From positions 1 through 50,812 of the forward strand of contig DAHVNA010000013.1 of assembly GCA_027319565.1 (NCBI GenBank): 50,812 bases of DNA. Reading direction: 5' to 3'. Positions 19,204 through 28,447 of the stretch are shown here, piece by piece. Both the position numbers and the translations under genes were made by a program. The DNA is from Elusimicrobiota bacterium. Its GTDB lineage: Bacteria > Elusimicrobiota > Elusimicrobia > UBA1565 > UBA9628. The stretch's first letter is position 1. Each line of letters begins with the position of its first letter. The notes below the pieces were generated by a model, which saw only the letters and a list, made by a program, of their open reading frames with translations, was not told the origin of the DNA and searched no databases.

Positions 19204-21207
19204 TTACTCATAGCGCAAGGCCTCAATGGGAGAGAGCAAAGACGCCTTACGGGCCGGCCAAAAACCAAAGATAATTCCAATCATCGCGGAACAGCTAAAA
19301 GCGAGAACAATAGATTGCGGAGTGACAATCGCGGACCAACCCGCATAATGGGTCATCGCGAAGGCAATCCCAACGCCTAAAAGAACTCCAATGGTTCCTC
19401 CCAGAAGCGATAAAAATGCCGATTCAATGAGAAACTGGGTTAGAATCGCGCGCCTTGGGGCGCCGACGGCCTTTCTGAGTCCAATCTCGCGCGTTCGTTC
19501 CGTCACCGAGACCAGCATGATATTCATAATTCCGATTCCGCCCACTAAAATCGAAATCGCGGCGACAATCCCCAATAAAATTCCAAAGGTCTTGGTCGTG
19601 CCCGTCAAGGCCGATTGAATATCCTGCATATTGCGCACGGTAAAATCATCGTCTTTATAGGCGGGGAGATGATGCCGCGTTCGCAAAAAAGTTTTAATTT
19701 TAGACATCACCCCGTCAATTGACTGAGGGGTGTCGCATTCCACCTCCATGCGGTTTAAATAACGTCCTCCCCGGGATATGGAACCGCCCCAACCATTGAA
19801 CCCCAATCGCATCATCGCGGTCTTAAGAGGAATGATGATTACGTCGTCTTGGTCACGCCAGGCGCTCGAGCCTTTGGGAGGCAAAATGCCAATGACTTCA
19901 AAACTGACCCGATTAATTTTTATCCGTTTTCCAACAGGATCAGAATTCCCAAATAAATTGTTGACCACGGTCTGCCCTAAAACCGCAACCCTTGCCACCT
20001 CGTCATTTTCTTGTTGCGTGAAAAAGCGCCCATAATAAGGCTCATCTGAATGCATGGGGGAAAAAGAGATCATATCTCCATCTACTTCCGTGTTGGTGTT
20101 TTTATCTTTATAAACGACTTGGGCGCTTCCGGAAACTTCTCCATTGACCGCGATAATATGGGGACTTAAATGAGAAATCGCTTCCACATCCGGGATGCTC
20201 AAACGCGACACGCTTCCGGTGCCACCGTGAAAAGCGCTGGAAGAAAAAGGCCAAATCATGATCAAATTCGATCCCAAACCCGAGATCCTAGCCTCGATTG
20301 ATTTTTGAGCGCCGCGGCCAATGGCCAGCATGGCAATCACCGAACAAACTCCAATGAGAATTCCCAAAACAGACAAGAAAGAGCGAGTTTTATTGGCCGA
20401 TATCGCCCGCAGAGCCGAAAGGCTGTTTTCTTTGATTTCAGCTAAACTGAGTTTGGGTGGCAAATGCGAATAATCATTGCCGTTCAAAGAGGAGGGGACG
20501 GCGTTTGTTTCCGCAACAAGCCCTTTGGGATTTAAATTTTTTTCATCGGATTGAATAGATCCGTCTTTAATCTTGATAATTCGCTTGGCATAAGCCGCGA
20601 TATCCGGCTCGTGCGTCACCATGATGACCGTAATCCCGCGAGCGTTGAGTTCAGAGAGTTTCCGTAAAACCTCATCGGCTTGATCGGAGGCGAGATTTCC
20701 CGTCGGCTCGTCGGCAAAAATAATCTTTGGAGAATTGATGAGGGATCTGGCGATAGCCACTCTTTGCTGCTGCCCTCCGGAGAGCTGATTAGGCTTATGT
20801 TCTTCTCGATCTTGAAGCCCCACATCCGCCAGCAATTCCTTAGCCCTTAAACCGGAAACGGGATTGCCGGAATAAATCGCCGGCAAAAGAACATTGTCTA
20901 CCGCGCTTGTGCGCGAAAGAAGATTAAACATCTGAAAAACAAATCCAATGGTTTTAGAGCGCAAGGCGGCGCCTTCATCATCGGATAAGGCGGAAACGTC
21001 TTTCCCAAGGAGAAAATATTTTCCCTGGCTGGGGCGCTCAAGTAATCCCAAAATTTGAAGCAGGGTCGATTTTCCCGAGCCCGAGGGCCCCATAATCGCG
21101 ACAAATTCGCCTGGTTCAATTGATAAATTAATTCCCTTAAGCACCAAGAGATTTCCCGAACCTACTTTATAAGAGTGGCGGATATTTTCAAGTTTAATGA
21201 TGGACAT
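19204..21207 (-). CDS. macB: MacB-type fused ABC ATPase/permease
   Basis: GPSGSGKS, LSGGQQQRVAIAR, ADEPTGNL; MacB periplasmic domain; GGIGIMNIMLVSVTERTREIG; PIEALRYE. Confidence 0.92.
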   Translation of the reverse strand: MSIIKLENIRHSYKVGSGNLLVLKGINLSIEPGEFVAIMGPSGSGKSTLLQILGLLERPSQGKYFLLGKDVSALSDDEGAALRSKTIGFVFQMFNLLSRTSAVDNVLLPAIYSGNPVSGLRAKELLADVGLQDREEHKPNQLSGGQQQRVAIARSLINSPKIIFADEPTGNLASDQADEVLRKLSELNARGITVIMVTHEPDIAAYAKRIIKIKDGSIQSDEKNLNPKGLVAETNAVPSSLNGNDYSHLPPKLSLAEIKENSLSALRAISANKTRSFLSVLGILIGVCSVIAMLAIGRGAQKSIEARISGLGSNLIMIWPFSSSAFHGGTGSVSRLSIPDVEAISHLSPHIIAVNGEVSGSAQVVYKDKNTNTEVDGDMISFSPMHSDEPYYGRFFTQQENDEVARVAVLGQTVVNNLFGNSDPVGKRIKINRVSFEVIGILPPKGSSAWRDQDDVIIIPLKTAMMRLGFNGWGGSISRGGRYLNRMEVECDTPQSIDGVMSKIKTFLRTRHHLPAYKDDDFTVRNMQDIQSALTGTTKTFGILLGIVAAISILVGGIGIMNIMLVSVTERTREIGLRKAVGAPRRAILTQFLIESAFLSLLGGTIGVLLGVGIAFAMTHYAGWSAIVTPQSIVLAFSCSAMIGIIFGFWPARKASLLSPIEALRYE

Positions 21208-21214
21208 GAAAGGT

Positions 21215-22165
21215 TTAACTTGATTTTTTCTTCTTGCCGCCGAAGGCCAAGGGACTAGTCTGCGCGTGTCTAGGAACGTAGCGCTCTCCGGGAATAATCA
21301 CTGAATCCCCGTCTTTAAGTCCGGAGAGAATCTCGTCATTGGTCCCGTCTTGGATACCAAGAGAGACAATTTTTTCCTCAGGATGGCCATTGGGGACCGG
21401 AATTAAAACGACATTTTTGCCCTTTTTCTGCTGAACGGCGACCGCGGGAACAAACAAGGCGTTTTTGTTATCTTTGACGATAAAAGTCACATTGGCCGTC
21501 ATCTGGGACTTGTAATAACTGGGCGCTCCGCCGTCGGGATTAATCTTGACATTATAAGTGATGACATTGGCGGTATTAACCCCTTCATGGAGTATGTCAA
21601 AAACTTTTCCCGTCGCCGTTCGATTGGGATAGGCGTCCAAAACAATTTTGGCTGGCATACCCAAATGAATTTTTCCAATGTCTGTTTCGTCCACCTGAGC
21701 GACAACGATTAAGCGATCCGACATCGCGAAAAGAACCGTTGCGGCGTCGACCGTTTGGCCATCGACGATATTTCTCAATATCACGACTCCCGAAATCGGG
21801 GCGATGACGGGGGTAGGCTTATAGCTGTCCTCCCATCTTTTAAGGGCCTTAGGACCCTGGGATCTCGCTGCGTCCATGATGGCCACGCGATCGGAAGAAC
21901 TCATCCAGGCAACCACCTGCCCGGCCTTGACTACGCTTCCCTCATCCACTAAATATTTGTCGATTCGTCCCGAAATGGCCGGTTTAATTTCAACGCGGTT
22001 AAGAGGCGCGACATTTCCCGTCGCTTCAACGGTTTCTTCCAACGGCCCGCGGCGAACTAAAATGATTTTCCCTAAATCCTTGGGTTTTTCATTTTTCTTG
22101 TGCCAATAAAACCAAGCTCCGATTAAAACGAGGCCTAAAAATCCCGACGCGACAATTTTCCTCAT
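21215..22165 (-). CDS. macA: MacA-type periplasmic adaptor (short helical hairpin)
   Basis: N-terminal TM, lipoyl halves (ISGRI...V.EG..VKAGQ; APISGVV), VDETDIGKI. ATG 22165 overlaps the tolC stop (TAATG). Confidence 0.85.
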   Translation of the reverse strand: MRKIVASGFLGLVLIGAWFYWHKKNEKPKDLGKIILVRRGPLEETVEATGNVAPLNRVEIKPAISGRIDKYLVDEGSVVKAGQVVAWMSSSDRVAIMDAARSQGPKALKRWEDSYKPTPVIAPISGVVILRNIVDGQTVDAATVLFAMSDRLIVVAQVDETDIGKIHLGMPAKIVLDAYPNRTATGKVFDILHEGVNTANVITYNVKINPDGGAPSYYKSQMTANVTFIVKDNKNALFVPAVAVQQKKGKNVVLIPVPNGHPEEKIVSLGIQDGTNDEILSGLKDGDSVIIPGERYVPRHAQTSPLAFGGKKKKSS

Positions 22166-23493
22166 TAATCCTCCAAGCCCAAACCCTCGGACTCTTCCCA
22201 AGCGGCTAAATATTGAGCCTCTAAATATTGATCATTAATTAACGTTTGCTCGGCATTGACGAGATCGGTCACGGCGATTTCCCAGGTGTCGTAGGTCATC
22301 AGTCCCGCACTGTAGCGAATGGTCGACTCGTCGTTTCTTTGTTTCGTCGCCTTGACCCGGTAAGTCCAAACATCGACGAGCTGTGCCTCGTTTTTGAGAT
22401 TATACCAGGCGTTTTCCATGGTCTCCCGAGTCAACAAACGAGTCGATCGCAATTGTTCTTCGTTTTGATCGGCGGTTCTTTTGGCGCTGACCAAGGTAAA
22501 AAAAGTGCCCAAGGGACCGTTAGAAAAAATCGGCACATCTACCGATCCGAAAAAAGACCAGCTGGGGCTTTGAGTCGCGATCATTGTATTTCCAAGAGTG
22601 CTTCGAGTATAAGAAACACCAACGTTCGGCAGCATCGCGCTTAAAGATTGCCCCACGCCGGCCTTGGCCCCAAGCCAAATCGCTTTTTGGAGTTGAACAT
22701 TGGGATTATTTTCAACTAAAGAAGCCATATTGGGATATCCCTTGGGAGGCGCGGGAAGGTCAAGGCTTCCTTGAACGGAAACCTGGGTAAATCCATCCTT
22801 GCCCAAGAGTTGATCGAGTTGAATCTGAGAGAGTCTTAAGCGTCTTTTGTTTTGGTCCACCGCTTCTTGCGCTAATTTTGTCTGAGCCTTCGACAACATC
22901 AGATTTCCCTTAGATTCCTGGCCGTTGTTGTAAAGGAGTTGGACCATATCGGTGTTCTGCTTTCGGAGATTCAATATCTCTTGAGCCACATCCACCATTT
23001 TATAGGCAAAAAGCAGGCGGTAAAAGGCGACCTTCAAATTATATCGAACCGTCACCGAACTCACTCGGTAAGACGACCACATCTGAGAGACAAAGGCATG
23101 GGCTTTTCGGATGTCCTGGGAATCCTTGAAGTTAAAGATATCCATATGGGCAGTGCCTTGAATTGTCCAAGGAAGGAAACCCCCTCCGGCCACTCCATTA
23201 GAGGCAAGGAAACTGGACTGATTGGCTGAACGCACCTTGGTATAGCCATCCTCCAAGCTCGACAGACTCGGCAAAACCTCATTCCAAGAGGCGTAATAAG
23301 AAGCGCGCGCGGAATCAATCGCTTTTTTAGCCGCGGCAAGATCGGGATTGTCCTTAAGCGCGATTTTGACGCAATCTTGCCAGCTCAGCGTATGGGAACC
23401 AGAAGAAATCGATAAATCGGAAGCGGCGAACGCGGCCCCCGCGCTTCCAACGAAAAATAACCCCAATAAAACTAATTTATTAAGCAATCGCAC
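22165..23493 (-). CDS. TolC-family outer membrane channel
   Basis: Signal peptide; two OEP-like repeats (ALKDNPDL..., ENNPNV...; Y..G); adjacent to macA/macB. Confidence 0.85.
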   Translation of the reverse strand: MRLLNKLVLLGLFFVGSAGAAFAASDLSISSGSHTLSWQDCVKIALKDNPDLAAAKKAIDSARASYYASWNEVLPSLSSLEDGYTKVRSANQSSFLASNGVAGGGFLPWTIQGTAHMDIFNFKDSQDIRKAHAFVSQMWSSYRVSSVTVRYNLKVAFYRLLFAYKMVDVAQEILNLRKQNTDMVQLLYNNGQESKGNLMLSKAQTKLAQEAVDQNKRRLRLSQIQLDQLLGKDGFTQVSVQGSLDLPAPPKGYPNMASLVENNPNVQLQKAIWLGAKAGVGQSLSAMLPNVGVSYTRSTLGNTMIATQSPSWSFFGSVDVPIFSNGPLGTFFTLVSAKRTADQNEEQLRSTRLLTRETMENAWYNLKNEAQLVDVWTYRVKATKQRNDESTIRYSAGLMTYDTWEIAVTDLVNAEQTLINDQYLEAQYLAAWEESEGLGLED

Positions 23494-23511
23494 GGTTTAT
23501 TATATAAAGAC

Positions 23512-23928
23512 TTATTGAGAAGACAAGCTTGCCGTCGAAGAAACCCGCGCTTGGAAATCAGAGGGGATTAAATGATGGCGCTTGTCCCATTCTTGAGTCA
23601 TCTGGACAAATTGGACCTGTTGCTCAGGGGTCAAGATTTCGGCCATATCCGCCCGCATTGAAAGGCGAAGAGCCTCAAACTGAGAGCTCATTTGCTGGTG
23701 AAGAGAGAGAATCTTTTCGCGTTTAGCTTCCAGTAAAAGCTCAACTTGTTGTTCTTGTTGCGGTGTTAAATCGAGTTTTCGGCTCAGCCGGGCTAAAATT
23801 TTCTGAGTATCGGGCCCATGCGACCAAAATTGATGGAAGACCGTTCGTTCATGATAAACCCCAACCCAAGCGCCAATTAAGAGCCCCGCGCAAAAGGCCA
23901 GCAAAACATAATTCCAAACAATTCTCAT
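23512..23928 (-). CDS. Periplasmic LTXXQ (Spy/CpxP/ZraP-like) protein
   Basis: N-terminal TM, LDLTPQQ and ILTPEQ motifs. Confidence 0.8.
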   Translation of the reverse strand: MRIVWNYVLLAFCAGLLIGAWVGVYHERTVFHQFWSHGPDTQKILARLSRKLDLTPQQEQQVELLLEAKREKILSLHQQMSSQFEALRLSMRADMAEILTPEQQVQFVQMTQEWDKRHHLIPSDFQARVSSTASLSSQ

Positions 23929-24386
23929 TGACCCTCCAATATTGAATTAAACCAATTCGATTTCTGTCCCGTCATCGGCGGCAAAATCCACTCCGCCATA
24001 TCCCTATTTGTCCCTAGTAAAAGGAGAGTATCCGGAGCGGCGATGGGCTCTGAACGGCCTAAAACCGTAAAGAAAATGAGGGCGGCAAAACCCAGCTCAA
24101 GAGCGGGAGTCAAAAATGTCCACAGAAATTTTGAAAAATTGAAATTCGCAGTAAAGGAGGGCGGGGAAATTTTAGACATCGCCCTCTGGATAAATTCCTC
24201 GGTCTCTTTTTGAGACACAAAACCGCGAGACTGAAACAAGTTCTCCGCGATTTTCTGCCAAACTCTTTGAGTTTGAAGACACTGCGCGCAATCCTTAAGA
24301 TGTTCTGAAATCTCAAGCCTTTTTCCCGAAGATAATTCTCCATCCTGAAACGCCCCAAGATTTTGCCTGATTTCTTCGTGTGTCAT
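23925..24386 (-). CDS. Zinc-binding (zf-HC2) membrane anti-sigma factor
   Basis: DGELS...HLKDCAQC (HxxxCxxC), TM helix; directly downstream of the ECF sigma; ATG 24386 after a purine-rich SD. Confidence 0.85.
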   Translation of the reverse strand: MTHEEIRQNLGAFQDGELSSGKRLEISEHLKDCAQCLQTQRVWQKIAENLFQSRGFVSQKETEEFIQRAMSKISPPSFTANFNFSKFLWTFLTPALELGFAALIFFTVLGRSEPIAAPDTLLLLGTNRDMAEWILPPMTGQKSNWFNSILEGQ

Positions 24387-24406
24387 CTTATTTTCCCTTC
24401 TCTCAC

Positions 24407-24436
24407 TTAGACGCATCCGGCGGTCTTAAAGTGTCG
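24407..24436 (-). promoter_or_regulatory. Putative ECF promoter (internal, ahead of anti-sigma)
   Basis: CGACACTTT-N14-CGTCTAA; boxes and spacing identical to 25573-25602. Confidence 0.7.
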
Positions 24437-24973
24437 AATCACTTCCTCGCAAGCCAAACGCGCCCGATAAAGGCGCGCCTTAACCGAATCCAGACTGCAT
24501 TCTAGGACCTGGGAAATTTCTTGATAACTCAGGCCCTGAACCTCGCGCAAAACCAGAATCAGGCGATATTCCGCAGGCAAGCGCATCATAATTTTTTCAA
24601 CCAAATCCGAATTAATAAGAGAAGATTCTATCGTTGAAGCGCCTGAGGATTCCTTAAAGATATCACTTCCCGGAGATTCCAGCATCCCATCCAAGGAGTC
24701 TTCTTTTGCGCGCGCTTGAGAACGAACGAAATCCAAACAACGGTTGGCGGCGATTCGGTGAATCCACGTCAAAAAAGAAGAATCCTCTCGAAACTGATCT
24801 AAAGAGCGGTAGGCCTTTAAAAAAACCTCTTGAGCGGCGTCATCGGCGAACGTGCGGTCTTTAAGAAGAGATAAACAAAGGCAGAAAATTTTGGGATAAT
24901 GGCGCCTCATCAACTCCGCATAAAGAGCGGAATGGCCTTTACGAACTTTTTGAACGATCTGCGCGTCGGTGAT
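24407..24973 (-). CDS. ECF RNA polymerase sigma factor (probable ATC start at 24973)
   Basis: Sigma2 (DAAQEVFLKAYRSL..F...SSFLTWIHRIAANRCLD) and sigma4 (LP.EYRLILVLRE..GLSYQEI...SVKARLYRAR). The frame extends 20 codons upstream of the track start to an ATC, with AGGAGG 8 nt upstream. Confidence 0.9.
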   Translation of the reverse strand: MTDAQIVQKVRKGHSALYAELMRRHYPKIFCLCLSLLKDRTFADDAAQEVFLKAYRSLDQFREDSSFLTWIHRIAANRCLDFVRSQARAKEDSLDGMLESPGSDIFKESSGASTIESSLINSDLVEKIMMRLPAEYRLILVLREVQGLSYQEISQVLECSLDSVKARLYRARLACEEVIRHFKTAGCV

Positions 24974-24990
24974 AAAAACCCCCTCCTGCG

Positions 24991-25019
24991 CCCGGCGTCC
25001 CTAAAGCAGGGACGCCGGG
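24991..25019. other. 12-bp GC-rich hairpin adjoining the sigma SD
   Basis: CCCGGCGTCCCT-AAAGC-AGGGACGCCGGG; no adjacent U-tract. Confidence 0.7.
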
Positions 25020-25039
25020 GCCGGATAACCAAGGATATC

Positions 25040-25540
25040 TTATTGCGAGCCGGAAGGCTGCGGGTTTGAAGATTCGCCTGAGGATTTATTATGGTGTTTT
25101 TTCCAGTGAGCCTTCGCCTTTGCCAAAAAGGATTGGCAAGTGGAAGACAACTGAGTGGAATTTTGTTTTAAGCATTTGTGCATGGCCTTAGGACCCTTTC
25201 CCTTGGCCGCCGAGCAGAACTGATTGACATCCGCCTGACAAGCCTTTTTAAAGGCCGTGAAATGAGCGCGCATCTTTTTCATTTGTTTTTGGCAGGCGCT
25301 CGACAAATGAGCCTTATTTTCTTTGAGACATTTTCTTTTATCTTTCCAACTTTTCGCGTTTGGGCACAGGTTTTGAATGTCTTGAGCGCACGCCCAGTGA
25401 TGTTTTTTCTTCATATGAGTGGCGGGAGCGCTATTTTGAGTTGGGGTATTGGATTGATCTTGCGCTATCGCGGGCGAAACCGCCGCCGCTAAAGCGATTG
25501 CGGACAGACAGACTGTCAGTATTTCCGTTAGTTTTTTCAT
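25040..25540 (-). CDS. Secreted protein with two cysteine-rich (GLG1/Cys_rich_FGFR-like) repeats
   Basis: Signal peptide (AIA/Q); two C..D...C...CL......LS..C units; SD AAGGAG. Confidence 0.8.
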   Translation of the reverse strand: MKKLTEILTVCLSAIALAAAVSPAIAQDQSNTPTQNSAPATHMKKKHHWACAQDIQNLCPNAKSWKDKRKCLKENKAHLSSACQKQMKKMRAHFTAFKKACQADVNQFCSAAKGKGPKAMHKCLKQNSTQLSSTCQSFLAKAKAHWKKHHNKSSGESSNPQPSGSQ

Positions 25541-25572
25541 TGTTCTCTCCTTTTTATTGTTTGCGTCTTAAT

Positions 25573-25602
25573 TTAGACGCGCGGAAATTAAGAAAAGTGT
25601 CG
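25573..25602 (-). promoter_or_regulatory. Putative ECF promoter of the operon
   Basis: CGACACTTT-N14-CGTCTAA, 32 nt upstream of the first gene. Confidence 0.7.
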
Positions 25603-25625
25603 CCAGTTGCATTATAATAGGGTAG

Positions 25626-27623
25626 ATGCGATTTAATCTTAAGTCTCCGTTTAAGCCTGCGGGAGATCAACCGCAGGCGATAGAAGCCTTAACGCGCCGA
25701 ATGAAAGAGAAGGCGCCATGTCAGGTTCTCTTGGGAGTCACGGGATCCGGCAAGACATTTACGGCGGCCCACGTCATTAATCATCTCAACCGCCCGGCCT
25801 TGATTATTTCTCCGAACAAAACCTTGGCCGCCCAACTCTATAGCGAATTTAAATCGCTATTTCCAGAAAACGCGGTCGAATTTTTTATCTCCTACTATGA
25901 TTATTATCAGCCGGAAGCCTACGTTCCCTCGACCGATACCTATATCGAAAAAGATTCCGCAATCAATGATCGAATCGACCGGTTGCGGCTTAAAGCCACC
26001 AGCGCTCTCTCTTCTCGAAGAGACGTCATCGTCATCGCCTCCGTTTCCTGCATTTACAATATCGGCTCTCCGGAAAATTATGAAAAAAGCTCTATTTACA
26101 TTCAAAAGGGGAAAAAACAAGAACGCTCTAAACTTTTGGAACAGCTGATCTCCATCCACTATGAGAGAAACGAAGTCGAATTCATCCGCGGTAAATTCCG
26201 AGTCAAAGGGGGAATTGTCGATATCTTCCCGGCCTATCAAGAAACGGCCCTGCGCATTTCTCTCGATAACGGCCTGATTAAGGATTTGTCGGAGTTCGAT
26301 CCATTGACCGGACGCAAAATCAAGGAGTTGTCGGATGTCTGGATTTATCCCGCCAAGCATTTTGTCACCGATGAGATCAGCCGTTTAAAGGCGCTTAAAT
26401 TTATCGAGGCGGAAATGAAAGAGCGCGTCAACGAGTTTAATTACAAAGGAAAAAATCTCGAAGCCCAACGCCTTGAGCAGAGAACGCGCTATGACATGGA
26501 AATGCTCAAGGAAGTCGGATTTTGCCATGGAATCGAGAATTATTCAAGGCATCTGTCGGGCCGGGCCCCGGGCGAACGTCCATTTTGTCTTTTGGATTAT
26601 TTTCCCAAGGACTACCTCCTTTTAATCGATGAATCCCATGTGACCATCCCTCAGATTCGCGGGATGTATGAAGGAGACCGCTCGCGCAAGCAAACCTTGG
26701 TCGATTTTGGCTTTCGGCTTCCCTCGGCCTTGGACAATCGCCCTCTTAAATTCGAGGAATTTGAGTCCCTCGCCGGCCAAACCATTTTTATTTCGGCGAC
26801 CCCGGGGCCATATGAACTCGCCAAATCCAAAGGCGAAATCGTGGAACAAATCATCCGCCCGACCGGTCTTATCGATCCTGAAATCATCATCCACCCCTCC
26901 GAAGGACAAATGGAAGATTTGACCGCCCGCGTCCGCGAGAAAGCCCAAAAAGGGGAAAGAAGCCTGGTGACGACTCTCACGAAGAGGACCGCCGAAGATT
27001 TGGCGGATTACCTGCTTGGCAAGGGCTTAAAAGTTCGATATCTCCACTCCGATATCGAGCCCTTGGAGAGAATTCAAATCCTTCAGGATCTCCGCCGCGG
27101 AGTTTTTGACTGTCTGGTCGGCATCAATCTTCTCCGGGAAGGGTTGGATCTTCCCGAAGTGTCTCTAGTCGCGATACTGGGCGCGGATCATGAGGGATTT
27201 TTAAGATCGGAAACCACCCTCATTCAAATCGCCGGGCGCGCGGCGAGAAATGTCGGCAGTTCCGTCATTTTATACGCCGATTCCAAAACCGGATCCATGT
27301 CGCGAGCCTTATCCGAAATGGAAAGGCGACGTAAAAAACAGATCGAATACAATAAAAAATTTAATATTACCCCTAAGACCGTCGTTAAAGCGGTCTCAGA
27401 ACTCGAGGAATTCGAGTCCCAGGCCAAACGAAACGGCCTCTCCTTCTTAAAGGAAACAGAAACCCCCTTAAGCTCAAAGGACATACCCATCATCGCCGAA
27501 GAAATTGAAAAACGCATGAAGGCAGCCGCCGAGAATCTCGATTTTGAGACCGCCGCCCTTCTCAGAGATCAGCTTTTTGAACTTAAAGAAATGTCCGCCT
27601 CAAAAAAAGGAGTCCGAAAATGA
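25626..27623 (+). CDS. uvrB: Excinuclease ABC subunit B
   Basis: PAGDQPQAI, GVTGSGKT, YYDYYQPEAY, DESH, GINLLREGLDLPEV, C-terminal UVR domain. Confidence 0.97.
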   Translation: MRFNLKSPFKPAGDQPQAIEALTRRMKEKAPCQVLLGVTGSGKTFTAAHVINHLNRPALIISPNKTLAAQLYSEFKSLFPENAVEFFISYYDYYQPEAYVPSTDTYIEKDSAINDRIDRLRLKATSALSSRRDVIVIASVSCIYNIGSPENYEKSSIYIQKGKKQERSKLLEQLISIHYERNEVEFIRGKFRVKGGIVDIFPAYQETALRISLDNGLIKDLSEFDPLTGRKIKELSDVWIYPAKHFVTDEISRLKALKFIEAEMKERVNEFNYKGKNLEAQRLEQRTRYDMEMLKEVGFCHGIENYSRHLSGRAPGERPFCLLDYFPKDYLLLIDESHVTIPQIRGMYEGDRSRKQTLVDFGFRLPSALDNRPLKFEEFESLAGQTIFISATPGPYELAKSKGEIVEQIIRPTGLIDPEIIIHPSEGQMEDLTARVREKAQKGERSLVTTLTKRTAEDLADYLLGKGLKVRYLHSDIEPLERIQILQDLRRGVFDCLVGINLLREGLDLPEVSLVAILGADHEGFLRSETTLIQIAGRAARNVGSSVILYADSKTGSMSRALSEMERRRKKQIEYNKKFNITPKTVVKAVSELEEFESQAKRNGLSFLKETETPLSSKDIPIIAEEIEKRMKAAAENLDFETAALLRDQLFELKEMSASKKGVRK

Positions 27624-28447
27624 AAGCTCCATCGTGGCTCATCAAAGAATCTCTGCGGGAAGACTTAGGCAGAAACGGGGATTTGACCACCCGTTTTTTT
27701 GTCCCCCCAGGCGCAAAAATATCGGGCTTTATCGTTTTAAAGGCCGACGGGGTCATTTGCGGAACTGAAATAGCCCGGCAGGTTTTTGAAAAGCTTGACC
27801 CTTCCGCCCAGTTTAAAATTATAGTTCAAGACGGGCGCTACGCGAAATCGGGCCAGAAAATAGCTCAAATAAACGGTTCACCAAAAATATTAACTGCAGA
27901 GAGAACCGCCCTTAATTTCCTCCAACATTTGTCGGGAATCGCGACCCTGACAAGGCAGTTTGTCGAAGAAATCCGCCCCAGCAAGGCTCAAATTTACGAC
28001 ACGCGCAAAACCCTTCCGGGCTGGAGAGTTCTTGAAAAATACGCGGTGAGATGCGGAGGGGGGAAAAACCATAGAATCGGGCTCTACGACATGGTCTTAC
28101 TCAAGGACAATCATTGGGAATTCGGCTCTTTAAAAAATGGATTGTCTCGGCTCAAGAAAAAATATCCCAAAATTCCGGTTGAAATCGAGGCCGATAGAAT
28201 CAGCCGCGTTCAAGCCGCCCTCACTCTTAAGCCTGACATGATCTTGCTCGACAATATGTCGCCCAATCAAATCAAAACCGCCATTCAAATGATTCGCGCA
28301 TGCTCAAAAAACATCCAAATCGAGATTTCAGGAGGGGTGAACCTCCAAAACGTCCGCGCTCTCGCCCAATTAGGCCCTGACCGGATTTCCATCGGACGCA
28401 TCACCCATAGCGCCGGGGCGCTGGACATGAGTTTAGAGGTCCAATGA
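27620..28447 (+). CDS. nadC: Nicotinate-nucleotide diphosphorylase (carboxylating)
   Basis: ERTALNFLQHLSGIAT, DTRKTLPG, NHRIGLYD.VLLKDNH, LLDNM, EISGG. Confidence 0.95.
   Translation: MKAPSWLIKESLREDLGRNGDLTTRFFVPPGAKISGFIVLKADGVICGTEIARQVFEKLDPSAQFKIIVQDGRYAKSGQKIAQINGSPKILTAERTALNFLQHLSGIATLTRQFVEEIRPSKAQIYDTRKTLPGWRVLEKYAVRCGGGKNHRIGLYDMVLLKDNHWEFGSLKNGLSRLKKKYPKIPVEIEADRISRVQAALTLKPDMILLDNMSPNQIKTAIQMIRACSKNIQIEISGGVNLQNVRALAQLGPDRISIGRITHSAGALDMSLEVQ

Noticed and set aside
25563..25580. Inverted repeat GCGTCT-N6-AGACGC as a reverse ECF promoter or LexA box for uvrB
   Set aside because: No matching -35 box on the + strand and no resemblance to an SOS box I can support; one arm is simply the ECF -10.
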